Shown here: piece by piece, positions 19,521 through 29,904 of the stretch
How positions within the stretch are numbered: the stretch's first letter is position 1
Layout: each line of letters starts with the position of its first letter
Assembly (NCBI GenBank): GCA_051747805.1
Contig: JBNJGP010000003.1
Span: 1-62,778, forward strand
Reading direction: 5' to 3'
Source: Candidatus Muiribacteriota bacterium
Lineage (GTDB): Bacteria; Muiribacteriota; Muiribacteriia; Muiribacteriales; Muiribacteriaceae
DNA length: 62,778 bases
Notes under the pieces: generated by a model
The model's input: only the letters and a program-made list of their open reading frames with translations
Databases searched by the model: none
Told to the model about the DNA's origin: nothing
Made by a program: the position numbers and the translations under genes

Positions 19521-20799
19521 TTTCTTTCTCCTTTTCTTTTGTAATTTCAGGCTTTTTCTTAGTTATTATATGCACTTCGCCAATACTGTTATTATTCATT
19601 GATATTATTTTAAAAATGTAGTTTTTCCACTCAAATTCTTCTCCGGTTTTAGGAATAACTCCCAGAACATGCTCAATGAATCCACCAAGAGTGCCGTAGT
19701 TTCCATTTTCTGGAATTCCCATCTTGAATTTTTCATTTATTTCATCAATTTCTATCATTGCACTTACATGAATTGAGCCATCTTTATTTAATTTTCCAAA
19801 AACTTCTTCCTCATCATACTCATCATGTATTTCGCCAACAATTTCTTCAATAATATCCTCAAGGGTAACAAGCCCTGAAAGCTGTCCATGTTCATCAACT
19901 ACTAGCCGTATCTGTTCTTTGTTCTGCTTCATTTCAGTAAAAAGATAATCAATTTTTTTAGTTTCAGGCACAAAGGTAATTTTTCTTATAAACTTGAATA
20001 CCCGGTCATTTTCAATATCAACATCATCAGAATGAATAATATCAAGAACAAATATAAATCCCTCAATATCATCAATTGAATTTTCATAAACAGGAATACG
20101 GGAATATCCATACTTTTCTACCAAATCAAAAACCTCAGATACTTTTGTGTTTAAATCAACTCCTATAATATTTACTCTCGGGGTCATTATATCATCAACT
20201 TTTGTGTCTGATAAATCAAATATTCCTTCCATCATTTTTTTCTGTTCAGGATGAAGTGCGCCAGATTTATCACTTATAGTTATGAGTTGTTCTATTTCTT
20301 CTTTATTAAAAAAAAGTTGATTATTTTCAAATTTAGGCAGAAAAATTTTAACAAAATATAAAAGAATACGGGAGGGTATCTTCATAATAATAAATGACCA
20401 CTTTATCAGAAAACTACATTTTAAAATAAGGTAATCTGCCTTCTGCCTGAATATTTCTTTAGGAAGTGTTTCAGAAAAAAGAAGGGTTATTGGAGTTATT
20501 ATTAAACCGGATAAAATTATTTTTCCAAAAACTGGCCCAAAATGAATTTCAAAAAAAGGCAGAAAAAAATTAGCTGCGATAATCGAATTTAAAACCATTG
20601 ATATATTTTGGCCCAGAAGAGTAACAATAAGAAATTCATCTGTTTTAGAGGTTATTTTTTGAATAAATTGAGCTCTTTTATTATTTTCATCAGCCATTTT
20701 TTTCAGTTTTATTTTATTTAAAGATATTATACCTGTTTCAACCCCTGCAAAAAAACCATATATTAATACAAGAAAAACAAAAGGTATTAACCAGAGCAC
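19507..20799 (-). CDS. CNNM/HlyC/CorC family protein (DUF21 + CBS pair + CorC_HlyC)
   Basis: FFAGVETG, IMTPRV, YSRIPVYE, VVDEHGQLSGLVTLEDIIEEIVGEIHDEYD. Confidence 0.92.
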   Translation of the reverse strand: MLWLIPFVFLVLIYGFFAGVETGIISLNKIKLKKMADENNKRAQFIQKITSKTDEFLIVTLLGQNISMVLNSIIAANFFLPFFEIHFGPVFGKIILSGLIITPITLLFSETLPKEIFRQKADYLILKCSFLIKWSFIIMKIPSRILLYFVKIFLPKFENNQLFFNKEEIEQLITISDKSGALHPEQKKMMEGIFDLSDTKVDDIMTPRVNIIGVDLNTKVSEVFDLVEKYGYSRIPVYENSIDDIEGFIFVLDIIHSDDVDIENDRVFKFIRKITFVPETKKIDYLFTEMKQNKEQIRLVVDEHGQLSGLVTLEDIIEEIVGEIHDEYDEEEVFGKLNKDGSIHVSAMIEIDEINEKFKMGIPENGNYGTLGGFIEHVLGVIPKTGEEFEWKNYIFKIISMNNNSIGEVHIITKKKPEITKEKEKEIAEK

Positions 20800-22067
20800 T
20801 AATTTTCCTCCAATTTTCTGTCTTTAATTATTAACAATGCACGATCTATTCTATTACCTTCCATCCTAAGCACTTTTACTGTGAGTTTTCCATCTTCAAA
20901 AGTATCATTTTCTTCTGGAATATTACCTAATTTATGGAGAATATATCCTCCTAGAGTATTAAAGTCCTCATGTTCTCTGATAATTTTATAATTCAGAAAA
21001 TCATTCAGTTCATTTATATTTATTTTGGCACTCACCTCAAGTTTATTTTTATCCAGAAATTTATAGTAAATATCTTCTTCGTCATACTCATCATGTATTT
21101 CGCCAACCAGCTCTTCTATGATATCTTCCATTGTAACAAGCCCCTCATTACCTCCATATTCATCAGAAACAATCACAATATGTGTCTTATGTTTTTGCAT
21201 GTACTTTAAAAGTGAGTATGCTCCCTTACTTTCGGGGACAAAAAATGCTTTTCTTAAATAATATTTAACATTATCTATCCTTTTTTTCTCCGTTAAATAA
21301 GGAAGTATATCTTTTACATATAAAATACCAATTATATTATCAAGGTCTCCATCAAAAACCGGAATTCTTGAAAATTGTTGCTGTTTAATTAAATTTTTTA
21401 TACTTTCAAAATCATCATTAACATCTATACATACCATATCAATTCTAGGAGTCATAATTTCAGCTACAGATGTATCTGAAAATTCAAAAACACTTCGGAG
21501 CATCTGAGTTTCATGGATTTTTATTACCCCCTCTTCATTACCCATATCAATAATTGTTTTAAGCTCATCCTGACTAATATGTTGATTTACTGAGTGTTCG
21601 CTTAACCCAAATATTTTAAGAATTTTATTAACAATGTGTAGAATAAGACTGCTTAAAGGTGTAAATATAAACATCAGCACTTTAATTAAAGGAGCTGATA
21701 ACCTTACATATAAAGGGGTATTGTTAACAGCTATAACTTTTGGAATAATTTCACCAAAAAGAAGCAGAAGAAAAGTCATAATAATAGAAGAGTATAAACT
21801 TCCCCGCTTTTCCCCAAATTCTGCGATAAATAATGAAGTTGCTGTAATTGTAACTAGTACATTTACAAATAAATTACCTAGAAGAATAGAAACCAGTAAT
21901 TTTCTTGGTTTTTCAAGCAAGTAATAAACTGACTTACTTTTTTTTATCAGCTGATTGAATCGAAATTTATCTATGGAAAAAAAAGCTGTTTCACTCCCCG
22001 AAAAATAGGCTGAAAATAAAAGCAGGCCAACTATAATTATAGCATTAATAAATTGCGTCTCTTCCAA
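20799..22067 (-). CDS. CNNM/HlyC/CorC family protein, second copy
   Basis: FSGSETA, FGEIIPK, IMTPRI, FSRIPV, DEYGGNEGLVTMEDIIEELVGEIHDEYD. Confidence 0.92.
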   Translation of the reverse strand: MEETQFINAIIIVGLLLFSAYFSGSETAFFSIDKFRFNQLIKKSKSVYYLLEKPRKLLVSILLGNLFVNVLVTITATSLFIAEFGEKRGSLYSSIIMTFLLLLFGEIIPKVIAVNNTPLYVRLSAPLIKVLMFIFTPLSSLILHIVNKILKIFGLSEHSVNQHISQDELKTIIDMGNEEGVIKIHETQMLRSVFEFSDTSVAEIMTPRIDMVCIDVNDDFESIKNLIKQQQFSRIPVFDGDLDNIIGILYVKDILPYLTEKKRIDNVKYYLRKAFFVPESKGAYSLLKYMQKHKTHIVIVSDEYGGNEGLVTMEDIIEELVGEIHDEYDEEDIYYKFLDKNKLEVSAKININELNDFLNYKIIREHEDFNTLGGYILHKLGNIPEENDTFEDGKLTVKVLRMEGNRIDRALLIIKDRKLEEN

Positions 22068-22068
22068 A

Positions 22069-22482
22069 TTAACTACAAACTCCTGTTCGACATTGAAATT
22101 TTTTTAAATATTTTTCCTGCAAATTAAACATTTCTTTTTCGCCATCCTTATCATCATGATTATAACCAATAATATGAAGAAGACCATGTATGATTACCCT
22201 CAGTCTCTCTTCCTGAAAAGAAACTTTATTATTAACGGCATTTTCCCTGACAATATCCTCACAGATAATTACATCGCCAAGTAAATCTTTTGAACACTCT
22301 GGGAAATCCCCCTCTTTCATACTGAAAGAAAGCACATCTGTAGGTTTATTAATATTTCGGTAATTAAAATTTAATTCTTTAATTTCTTCTTTTGAAACAA
22401 AAGAAATATCTACAACCATTTTTTTATTATATTTCAGAGAAATAATTTCTTCTTTTAAATTATTTAACAACGATTCATTCAT
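22069..22482 (-). CDS. ybeY: rRNA maturation endoribonuclease YbeY
   Basis: YRNINKPTDVLSF, LGDVII, HGLLHIIGYNH (H3xH5xH). Confidence 0.95.
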   Translation of the reverse strand: MNESLLNNLKEEIISLKYNKKMVVDISFVSKEEIKELNFNYRNINKPTDVLSFSMKEGDFPECSKDLLGDVIICEDIVRENAVNNKVSFQEERLRVIIHGLLHIIGYNHDDKDGEKEMFNLQEKYLKKFQCRTGVCS

Positions 22483-24587
22483 TATCTGAACACTCCCTGG
22501 CCTTTTTCCTCAGTATCAGGATATTCAATTCTTTTATGAAACATCTGTAAAAGCACTTTTGAAAATACATTTCTAATTTTTTCAATTTCCTTTAAAGTTA
22601 GATTACATTCATCAAACTGTTCATCGATAAACTTATCATTTGTAATTTTTTTTATCAAATTTTCAATAGAAGATGGAGAGGGAGCGGAAAGACTTCTTGT
22701 GGCACTTTCAATTGAGTCTGCAAGCATGACAAGAGCTGACTCTTTGGTCTGCGGTTTTGGCCCGGGATACCTGAACTTGCTGTCTTTTATATTATCTCCT
22801 AAATCTTTCCTTGCCTTTTCGTAAAAGTATTTAACAAGAGTTGTTCCATGATGCTGGCTAATAATATGGATAATTTCTTCAGGAAGATTATATTGTTTTG
22901 CAATTTCTAAACCATCTTTCACATGTGAAATTATTATTATTGCTGACAAATTAGGGTTAAGATCCTCGTGTTGATTATCTCTGCCCATAAGATTTTCAGA
23001 AAAGAAAAAAGGACGTCTTAATTTACCAATATCATGATAATATCCTCCTATCCGCGTAAGAAGAGTATCGGCACCTATTTCAGTAGCAGCAGCTTCAGCA
23101 AGATTGGCCACCATAACACTATGATGGTATGTACCTGGAGCCTGTTCCAGTAAATTTTTTAGAATTTTATTATTTAAATCTGTTAATTCAAGTAATCTTA
23201 TAGCCGAGGTTACTTTAAAAATTTTTTCAAAAATAGGCATTGTTCCCATTGCAAAAATCACAGAAAAAGTTCCATTAATGAATCCAAGCGATACATCCCG
23301 AAGTAAAAATTTTATATGCTGCTGCATATCAAAATAGTTAAGGTCTATAAAGTGCAGGGCAATAATTAAACAAATATTTGTTATTATTAAATAAAGTCCC
23401 GAAAGCATCTGTTCAGCACGTGTTTTGGCAAACATTATAGAATAAATTGCCACAACACTACCTATAACAGCTACAACAACAAAATTCACATCCTGAAATA
23501 TTAATCCTCCAACAACTGAAAGCATTGAAGTAAGAAGTATTGAAAACTTAGAGTCAATAACAATAGTAACCAGCATTGCAATAGCCGCCACCGGAAAGAG
23601 ATATTCTGAAAATAACGGAAGAGCGGTATCACCCATAATTACAGCTATCTCAGATTTTAAAATAATATCAAAAAACTTAAAAGAGGCTACACATAAAAAA
23701 ATAATAACCTGAATAAAATAAACCAGGGGCTCTTCATTTAAAATGTCGGGATTAAAATAACTCAAATACAAAAATAACACAATTATAAAAAATAAAAATA
23801 AAAGGAAAAAACCAAAAGCTCTCTGTAAAAAAATACCTGATTTATCAAAATATCCTATATTGTTTAATATACTTAAAGCTTCCTTATCAATAATTTCTCC
23901 CTGTCTCAGTATAAGCTCACCTTTTTTTACAAAACGCTCTACAGGTTGAATATTCCTTGAAGCAATTTCTTTTAACTGTTTTGTTTTAGCCTCATCTGGA
24001 AATTTATTGGGTTTAACAAAAAAAGAAAGAATCTCTTTAATTATAGAAACTTCTTCTGAGGAAAAACGAGATGACAAATCAAGTTCTTGAGAAAAAATAT
24101 TTAAAACAGAGGAAACTTCTCCACTTCTAACTCCTTCTTTTATAATTTGCTCTGTTATATTATTTATTAAACTTTTGATTTCCTCTTTTTTATCTTCTTT
24201 CAGTAATTTAAATTTTGCAGCCTTTTCCTTTAAATTCTGCGGAATTTCTTCCGAAATATTGTTTTCTTTTATAGATTGAAAAAAGTTTTCAATATTATTT
24301 CTGATTTCTGTAGATACGGATTTATTGATTTCATAAACTGTCTGAACGTGATTTCGTGCAGACTGTTCTATTCGTCTAGTTGCCTCATAATCAAAGTATT
24401 TAACGTCTCTTGAGGCTGTTATATCAACCGGAGAAACCTCGCCTTCCTTTAAATGGTCTACTTTTAAAAAATCATATGAAATTATAAATACAGATAAGAA
24501 AAGACAGATAATAAGACCTATAATCTTACGTATTAATGACATATTGATATTTACAAAAAACCTGGAAAAAAACTGTTTTATTTTCAT
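22482..24587 (-). CDS. 7TM-HD family phosphohydrolase (PgpH-like cyclic-di-AMP phosphodiesterase)
   Basis: 7TM-HDED extracellular domain, 7 TM, APGTYHHS, YYHDIGK, HHGT, YPGPKPQTKE, LADS; next to ybeY. Confidence 0.9.
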   Translation of the reverse strand: MKIKQFFSRFFVNINMSLIRKIIGLIICLFLSVFIISYDFLKVDHLKEGEVSPVDITASRDVKYFDYEATRRIEQSARNHVQTVYEINKSVSTEIRNNIENFFQSIKENNISEEIPQNLKEKAAKFKLLKEDKKEEIKSLINNITEQIIKEGVRSGEVSSVLNIFSQELDLSSRFSSEEVSIIKEILSFFVKPNKFPDEAKTKQLKEIASRNIQPVERFVKKGELILRQGEIIDKEALSILNNIGYFDKSGIFLQRAFGFFLLFLFFIIVLFLYLSYFNPDILNEEPLVYFIQVIIFLCVASFKFFDIILKSEIAVIMGDTALPLFSEYLFPVAAIAMLVTIVIDSKFSILLTSMLSVVGGLIFQDVNFVVVAVIGSVVAIYSIMFAKTRAEQMLSGLYLIITNICLIIALHFIDLNYFDMQQHIKFLLRDVSLGFINGTFSVIFAMGTMPIFEKIFKVTSAIRLLELTDLNNKILKNLLEQAPGTYHHSVMVANLAEAAATEIGADTLLTRIGGYYHDIGKLRRPFFFSENLMGRDNQHEDLNPNLSAIIIISHVKDGLEIAKQYNLPEEIIHIISQHHGTTLVKYFYEKARKDLGDNIKDSKFRYPGPKPQTKESALVMLADSIESATRSLSAPSPSSIENLIKKITNDKFIDEQFDECNLTLKEIEKIRNVFSKVLLQMFHKRIEYPDTEEKGQGVFR

Positions 24588-24590
24588 AAT

Positions 24591-25409
24591 TTAAAATCTA
24601 TCCAGAATAACATTTTTAAATTTCCCTTTATTATAATCAGAAAAAACCCTTCTTGCAATATTAGAAACACCTTTTATTCCGTTTTTATTCCCAAAGTTTA
24701 TACAGAACTTATGGACTTCAGGGCAGAATTCTAGCTTATAATAATCACAAACAAGCCTCTTTTCCGAAAAAGTTAAAAAATTAAAAAAAAATTCAAATAA
24801 TTTTTCTACTCCAATACTTTCGGGCTTTACAATATTTAATAATGCAAGCTTATAAATATCTTCAGCATTTTCAAATTCCGGATAAAAAACCCCTGGTGTA
24901 TCTAATAAATTTATCCCCTTTGCTTTTATCCACTGTTCTTTTCTTGTTACTCCGGGACGATTTTCTACTTTGAGCTTTTTACCTGGAATCAACTTTTTAA
25001 TAATGCATGATTTACCAACATTTGGCATGCCTGCAACCATTATATTTTTATTTTTTTCTTTAAATCCAAAATTCTTAAGATCTGAGCTTTTTTTCAACTC
25101 AAATTTATTTATATAATTTAGAACCTTTTTAAAACTGGCCTCTTTAAGCGCAGAAACAAACCAAACATCTTCCCCATATTTTTTTTTAAATTTAGCTTTA
25201 TTATACAAAACTAGATCAAATTTGTTTATTAAAGTGATAATATGTAAATTCTTTTTATCTGTTTTTAAAAAATCACAATTAGTAGTAAATGGAGCTCGTG
25301 CATCAAGTACAATTATAAGAATATCAATATCTTTTAATCTTTTTTTTAACTTCTGACGTGCCTGTTTTATATGTCCGGGATACCAGCCAATTTTTTCATA
25401 TGTATTCAA
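24591..25409 (-). CDS. ylqF: Ribosome biogenesis GTPase RbgA/YlqF
   Basis: WYPGH, VLDARAP, NKFD, GMPNVGKS, PGVTR, LLDTPG (circularly permuted GTPase). Confidence 0.92.
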   Translation of the reverse strand: MNTYEKIGWYPGHIKQARQKLKKRLKDIDILIIVLDARAPFTTNCDFLKTDKKNLHIITLINKFDLVLYNKAKFKKKYGEDVWFVSALKEASFKKVLNYINKFELKKSSDLKNFGFKEKNKNIMVAGMPNVGKSCIIKKLIPGKKLKVENRPGVTRKEQWIKAKGINLLDTPGVFYPEFENAEDIYKLALLNIVKPESIGVEKLFEFFFNFLTFSEKRLVCDYYKLEFCPEVHKFCINFGNKNGIKGVSNIARRVFSDYNKGKFKNVILDRF

Positions 25410-25933
25410 TTAAGCCCTCCGAATTCTTTTGGCGGCCAGTATGTTAAGAGTGCTCGACCAATAATTTCACTTTCCTCAAGAAGACCCCAGTTTCTGGAAT
25501 CTCTGCTAAAATTAATATTATCGCCCACCAAAAAAAAATGATTATCCGGAATTTTAAGTTCAAAAATATAATCGAGTGTTTCAGGGTCAATCATAATATA
25601 ATCAATCCTTTCAAATCTTTTGTAAAGTTTATTATTTATATAAAGCTGTCTATTTTTTATTTGAAGAAAATCCCCCGGAAGACCTATCACCCTTTTAATC
25701 ATTTTCACTTTTGGAGTCAGAGGATTTTTAAAGGCAATTATATCTTCTCTTTTAAAGGATGAAGATATTTTTGAGACAATAATTCTGCTGTTAACATCAA
25801 TTGCTGGTTCCATAGAGGAACTTGGAACTTGATACGTGGTGATAATAAATTGTTTTAATAAAAAAACAATTATCAGAGACGAGACTATTATTTCAAGCCA
25901 GTCTCTGATAATTGGATTTAATTTTAACATCAA
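25406..25933 (-). CDS. lepB: Signal peptidase I
   Basis: VPSSSMEP (Ser), IKRVIGLPGD (Lys), GDNINFSRDSR. Confidence 0.93.
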   Translation of the reverse strand: MMLKLNPIIRDWLEIIVSSLIIVFLLKQFIITTYQVPSSSMEPAIDVNSRIIVSKISSSFKREDIIAFKNPLTPKVKMIKRVIGLPGDFLQIKNRQLYINNKLYKRFERIDYIMIDPETLDYIFELKIPDNHFFLVGDNINFSRDSRNWGLLEESEIIGRALLTYWPPKEFGGLN

Positions 25934-25945
25934 TTAAAAGTAAAG

Positions 25946-26287
25946 CTATCTTTTTTCTTTAAGTCTTGCCGCTTTTCCGGAAAGATTTCTAAGATAATAA
26001 AGTTTTGCTCTTCTAACTTTATTCCTTCTTTTTACAACAATTTTATCAATATTTGGTGAATGCAGAGGGAATATTTTCTCAGCACCAACACCATAAGAGT
26101 TTTTTCTTACAGTAATAGTTTCTCTTGTTCCACCATTTTTTTTTGCCAGCACAATTCCTTCAAAAACCTGAATTCTTGTTTTTTCGCCCTCAACAACCTT
26201 TGTATGAACCTGTACAAGATCACCAGATCGAACTTCAGGAATATCTTTTTTTAAATAACTGGATTCTACTGTATTCATTATATCCAT
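25946..26287 (-). CDS. rplS: 50S ribosomal protein L19
   Basis: [40 protein letters not shown]. Confidence 0.98.
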   Translation of the reverse strand: MDIMNTVESSYLKKDIPEVRSGDLVQVHTKVVEGEKTRIQVFEGIVLAKKNGGTRETITVRKNSYGVGAEKIFPLHSPNIDKIVVKRRNKVRRAKLYYLRNLSGKAARLKEKR

Positions 26288-26330
26288 AATTCCTCCTTGG
26301 ATTTAAATCAATAATTAAGGTGTCAATCAT

Positions 26331-26339
26331 ATTATACCA
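26331..26339 (-). promoter_or_regulatory. Extended -10 promoter element upstream of rplS
   Basis: TGGTATAAT on the minus strand; TTGACT lies upstream with only a 15-nt spacer; AAGGAGG RBS. Confidence 0.5.
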
Positions 26340-26361
26340 GGTTCACTTAAAAGTCAATAAC

Positions 26362-27483
26362 TTACCGGTAACCACACACTTCGCTCATGTTTCTTTTATG
26401 GAACTCGTCCATGAAATCAGCCAGAGTTTCTACACCTTCTAAAGGATGTGCATTATAAATAGAAGCTCTAATTCCGCCAACTGTTCTGTACCCTTTAATC
26501 CCATAAATTTTTAATTTTTTGGCCTCTTCAATAAATTTTTTATCAAGCTCTGGATTTGGCAGTGTAAATGTAACATTCATAAGCGAGCGGTCATCTTTGT
26601 TTTTAACAGTTCCTTTATAAAACCCGTCAGATTTTTCAATTGCCTTATATAAAAGACCCGCTTTCTTTTTGTTATACTCATGCATTTTTTCAAGACCGCC
26701 GATTTCTTCTTCAATCCACTTGAAAACAAGACCACAGATATACATAGAATATGAAGGAGGAGTATTATATAATGAATCTTTATCTACATGTGTTTTATAT
26801 CTAAGCATTGTTGGAAGATTTTCTGTTTTTATATTTTCAACAAGGTCTTTTCTAACAATAACAATAGTAACTCCAGCTGGACCGGCATTTTTTTGCGCAC
26901 CCGCATAAACAACACCAAATTTTGAAACATCAAATGGTCTTGAAAGAAAATCTGAGCTCATATCACAAACTGTAATTTTATCATCAAAATCAGGAAGCTC
27001 CAGAAAACGGGTTCCAAAAATAGTATTATTTGAACAATAATGAACATATCTGGAACTCAAACTAAGCTTCCACTCGTCTCTAGCTGGAATATACGAAAAA
27101 TTATCATCTTCACTTGATGCTACAACATTTGCCTTCTTACCTATTTTTTCAACTTCTTTATAGGCTTTACGAGCCCAGTTTCCAGTAATAATATAATCAG
27201 CCTCTTCATCATCGCCAAGTATATTTAAGGGAACCATTGCAAATTGAGTATTTGCTCCGCCCTGTAGAAAAAGCACCTTATGAGTATCAGGTACATTTAA
27301 AAGTTTTACAAGTCTGGCCTCAGCATCTTTAGCAATAGAATCAAATTCAGGAGACCTGTGACTCATTTCCATCACAGAAAGACCTTTACCTTTCCAGTTT
27401 AACATATTCTCCTGCGCCTCTTTTAAAACCGATTCTGGTAATGTTGCGGGGCCTGCAGAAAAATTATAAATTCTTTCAGTCAT
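26362..27483 (-). CDS. serC: Phosphoserine aminotransferase
   Basis: NFSAGPA, EMSHRS, FLQGGA, DMSSDF, YAGAQKNAGPAG, NTPP, GIRASIYNA. Confidence 0.97.
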   Translation of the reverse strand: MTERIYNFSAGPATLPESVLKEAQENMLNWKGKGLSVMEMSHRSPEFDSIAKDAEARLVKLLNVPDTHKVLFLQGGANTQFAMVPLNILGDDEEADYIITGNWARKAYKEVEKIGKKANVVASSEDDNFSYIPARDEWKLSLSSRYVHYCSNNTIFGTRFLELPDFDDKITVCDMSSDFLSRPFDVSKFGVVYAGAQKNAGPAGVTIVIVRKDLVENIKTENLPTMLRYKTHVDKDSLYNTPPSYSMYICGLVFKWIEEEIGGLEKMHEYNKKKAGLLYKAIEKSDGFYKGTVKNKDDRSLMNVTFTLPNPELDKKFIEEAKKLKIYGIKGYRTVGGIRASIYNAHPLEGVETLADFMDEFHKRNMSEVCGYR

Positions 27484-27564
27484 ATTTCCTCCCAGAAAAT
27501 ATTTTTAAATTAACTTGAGTTTTTATTGGTTTTTTAAATTTATTTTATGCTCAAGTATTATCAT

Positions 27565-27593
27565 ATTATAATAAGGAAAGCAATTTTTTTCAA
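27565..27593 (-). promoter_or_regulatory. Sigma70-type promoter for serC
   Basis: TTGAAA-N17-TATAAT on the minus strand (27593-27565). Confidence 0.55.
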
Positions 27594-27642
27594 ATAAGAA
27601 ATTAAAAATTGTGTGAAAATTTTCTATCCGGATTATATTTTA

Positions 27643-28608
27643 TTATTTATTTCGATTTGTTAACAGAGTTTTTTTTTTCTTAACTATTTCTGATACATAT
27701 ACCAGCTCAAAATTTGGGTCATCCTCAATTTGAGGAAGCATATTTTCAAGAAAAGACAGAGTTTTTTCTCTTACATGACAAATTCCAATAGCAAAACCTC
27801 TTCTTCTGGCAATATCTTTTAACTTATTAAACTGTTTTAAAATATAAATTTCATCGGCAATATTATCAAGAAAAATATTTCTGGCATAATAGTTCAGATT
27901 AAGGCGTTCAGACGCCTCTTTTACAGCAGTATTACTTGTAGTTAAAGAATCAATAAAAAACATATTATTCTTTTTTAAATATGAAAGTACATTTAACATA
28001 GTTTTTTTATCTTCAGTTGCAAGTGAACCCATATGATTGTTTGCACCCTCAATATGGGAAAACGGTTCAAACATTTCCTCAAGGCGTTTATGAAACTCAT
28101 CAGGAGTCATATCAGTTTTAATTTCATTCTCATAAGCATTATCAACCCCCTTAGCCTGCATTGGAATATGAAGCATCAACTCATAACCATAATCATGCCC
28201 TTTTTTTTCAGAATAAAGGGCGTTGAAAGTACCGGGTATAACAGCAAGGGTCATTTTGTAGTCTTTTAATCTTTCAAAAAGATTAAATTTATTTTCATGA
28301 CCATACCCTAAATCATCAACAATAAGGGCTATTTTATAAGAGTCGTTTTTCACATCAGACTTCTTCGGTTTTTCTGCTTCTTTCTTTTCAGATTTTTGCT
28401 GTTTTAAAGATTCTTCTAACTCAGAAAAAGATATTATTTCATCTTTATATTCTTTTCTTGGCTTTTCAGCATCTTCTTTTTCTTCATATATTTTTGCCTC
28501 TTCTTTAAAAGTATCTTCTTCAGAAGAGATAAATTGAAATACAGAAAATACAATTAGTATAAGAGCAAGATACACACCTGTAATTTTAAAAAGTTTCCAG
28601 TCTAACAT
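27643..28608 (-). CDS. Divergent polysaccharide deacetylase family protein (YibQ-like)
   Basis: LIVDDLG, MLHIPM, NNHMGS, FFIDSLT, RNIFLDN, AIGICH; follows ctpA. Confidence 0.9.
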   Translation of the reverse strand: MLDWKLFKITGVYLALILIVFSVFQFISSEEDTFKEEAKIYEEKEDAEKPRKEYKDEIISFSELEESLKQQKSEKKEAEKPKKSDVKNDSYKIALIVDDLGYGHENKFNLFERLKDYKMTLAVIPGTFNALYSEKKGHDYGYELMLHIPMQAKGVDNAYENEIKTDMTPDEFHKRLEEMFEPFSHIEGANNHMGSLATEDKKTMLNVLSYLKKNNMFFIDSLTTSNTAVKEASERLNLNYYARNIFLDNIADEIYILKQFNKLKDIARRRGFAIGICHVREKTLSFLENMLPQIEDDPNFELVYVSEIVKKKKTLLTNRNK

Positions 28609-28619
28609 TTAACTCTCAC

Positions 28620-29903
28620 CTAATTTAATTTTGAGCTGAATAATTCGGCCCCTATTATTATATTAACTGCTTCTTTCAGCTGATTATCAAATTTACCGAT
28701 TTCTATATCAATAATTTTGCCTTTTTCTCTCTCGTAAATCCTTTCCTGCTCTTTTTCATAGTTTCTTTCTCTTTCTTCACCGAGCTCTTCTATCATATCT
28801 TCATCTGCCTCTGGTGTTTCTACAATTATATCTGGCTCAATTCCTTTACCGTGAATACTCTCACCAGACGGGGTATAATATTTTGCGGTAGTTAAGGCTA
28901 TTGCAGAACCGTCATCCAAAGGAATAACCGTTTGTACAAGTCCTTTTCCGAAAGAATTAGTTCCAAGAATAATTCCTCTTTCATAATCTTTAATGGCTCC
29001 TGCGACAATTTCTGAACCACTTGCACTTCCCTTATTTATTAAGACTATGAGCGGAATATCAACGTGTTCTTCATTATATACAGGATATTTCACCTCGTCA
29101 TTATGTCTTCCTTTTATTGAAACAACATTTTTTCCAGCCGGAAGCAACTGCGATACTGTTTCAACTGCAGTTGTAAGTAGTCCACCAGGATTACTTCTTA
29201 AATCAAGAATAAGGGAATCTATTTGAGCTTCCTCTATTAATTTATCTATCTCTTCTTTAAACTCATCCCCAGTATTTTCACCAAAATTATTAATTCTGAT
29301 ATAACCAATTGAATCTCTAATAACACCAGCTTCTCCAATGGTTGAAACCTTTATATTATCTCTTTCGATAGTTTTATCAATAAAAATTTCTTCTCCGTCT
29401 TTTGTTTTTCTAAGTATTGTAAGTGTAACTTCTGTCCCAACCGGTCCCTTAATTAAATTAGTTGCGTCCATTGTATGCATGTTTTTTGAAGGTTCTCCAT
29501 CAATCTCAAATATAATATCTCCAGGCTCAATCCCCGCTTTCCAGGCAGGTGTTCCTGTTATAGGAGAAACTACCATTAACTTTTCATCTTTGTTAGTTAT
29601 AATTATTCCAACCCCGGCGAACACACCACTTGTTTCTTCCTGCATATCTTCAAATGTATCAGGATCCATAAATCGGGAGTAAGGATCATCAAGTTTTTTT
29701 AACATTCCTTCTATTGCACCATAAATGAGCTCATTTTCTTCCATCTTCTCTTCTGAAAGAGCAAAATTCTCCTGAATTATTTTCATAACTTCATCAATCA
29801 TTGATGCCCTTTTTAAATATGTAAAAGGAACCGAAGCCCCCTGTAAAAAAACAAAAAATAATGTGATACTTATACAAAATATTAAAATTTTTTTTCTGCG
29901 CAT
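28620..29903 (-). CDS. Carboxyl-terminal processing protease, S41 family (CtpA)
   Basis: LDDPYS, PDZ domain (GVGI...PAWKAGI), DLRSNPGGLL, SASGSEI, FGKG, GIEPD. Confidence 0.94.
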   Translation of the reverse strand: MRRKKILIFCISITLFFVFLQGASVPFTYLKRASMIDEVMKIIQENFALSEEKMEENELIYGAIEGMLKKLDDPYSRFMDPDTFEDMQEETSGVFAGVGIIITNKDEKLMVVSPITGTPAWKAGIEPGDIIFEIDGEPSKNMHTMDATNLIKGPVGTEVTLTILRKTKDGEEIFIDKTIERDNIKVSTIGEAGVIRDSIGYIRINNFGENTGDEFKEEIDKLIEEAQIDSLILDLRSNPGGLLTTAVETVSQLLPAGKNVVSIKGRHNDEVKYPVYNEEHVDIPLIVLINKGSASGSEIVAGAIKDYERGIILGTNSFGKGLVQTVIPLDDGSAIALTTAKYYTPSGESIHGKGIEPDIIVETPEADEDMIEELGEERERNYEKEQERIYEREKGKIIDIEIGKFDNQLKEAVNIIIGAELFSSKLN

Positions 29904-29904
29904 G

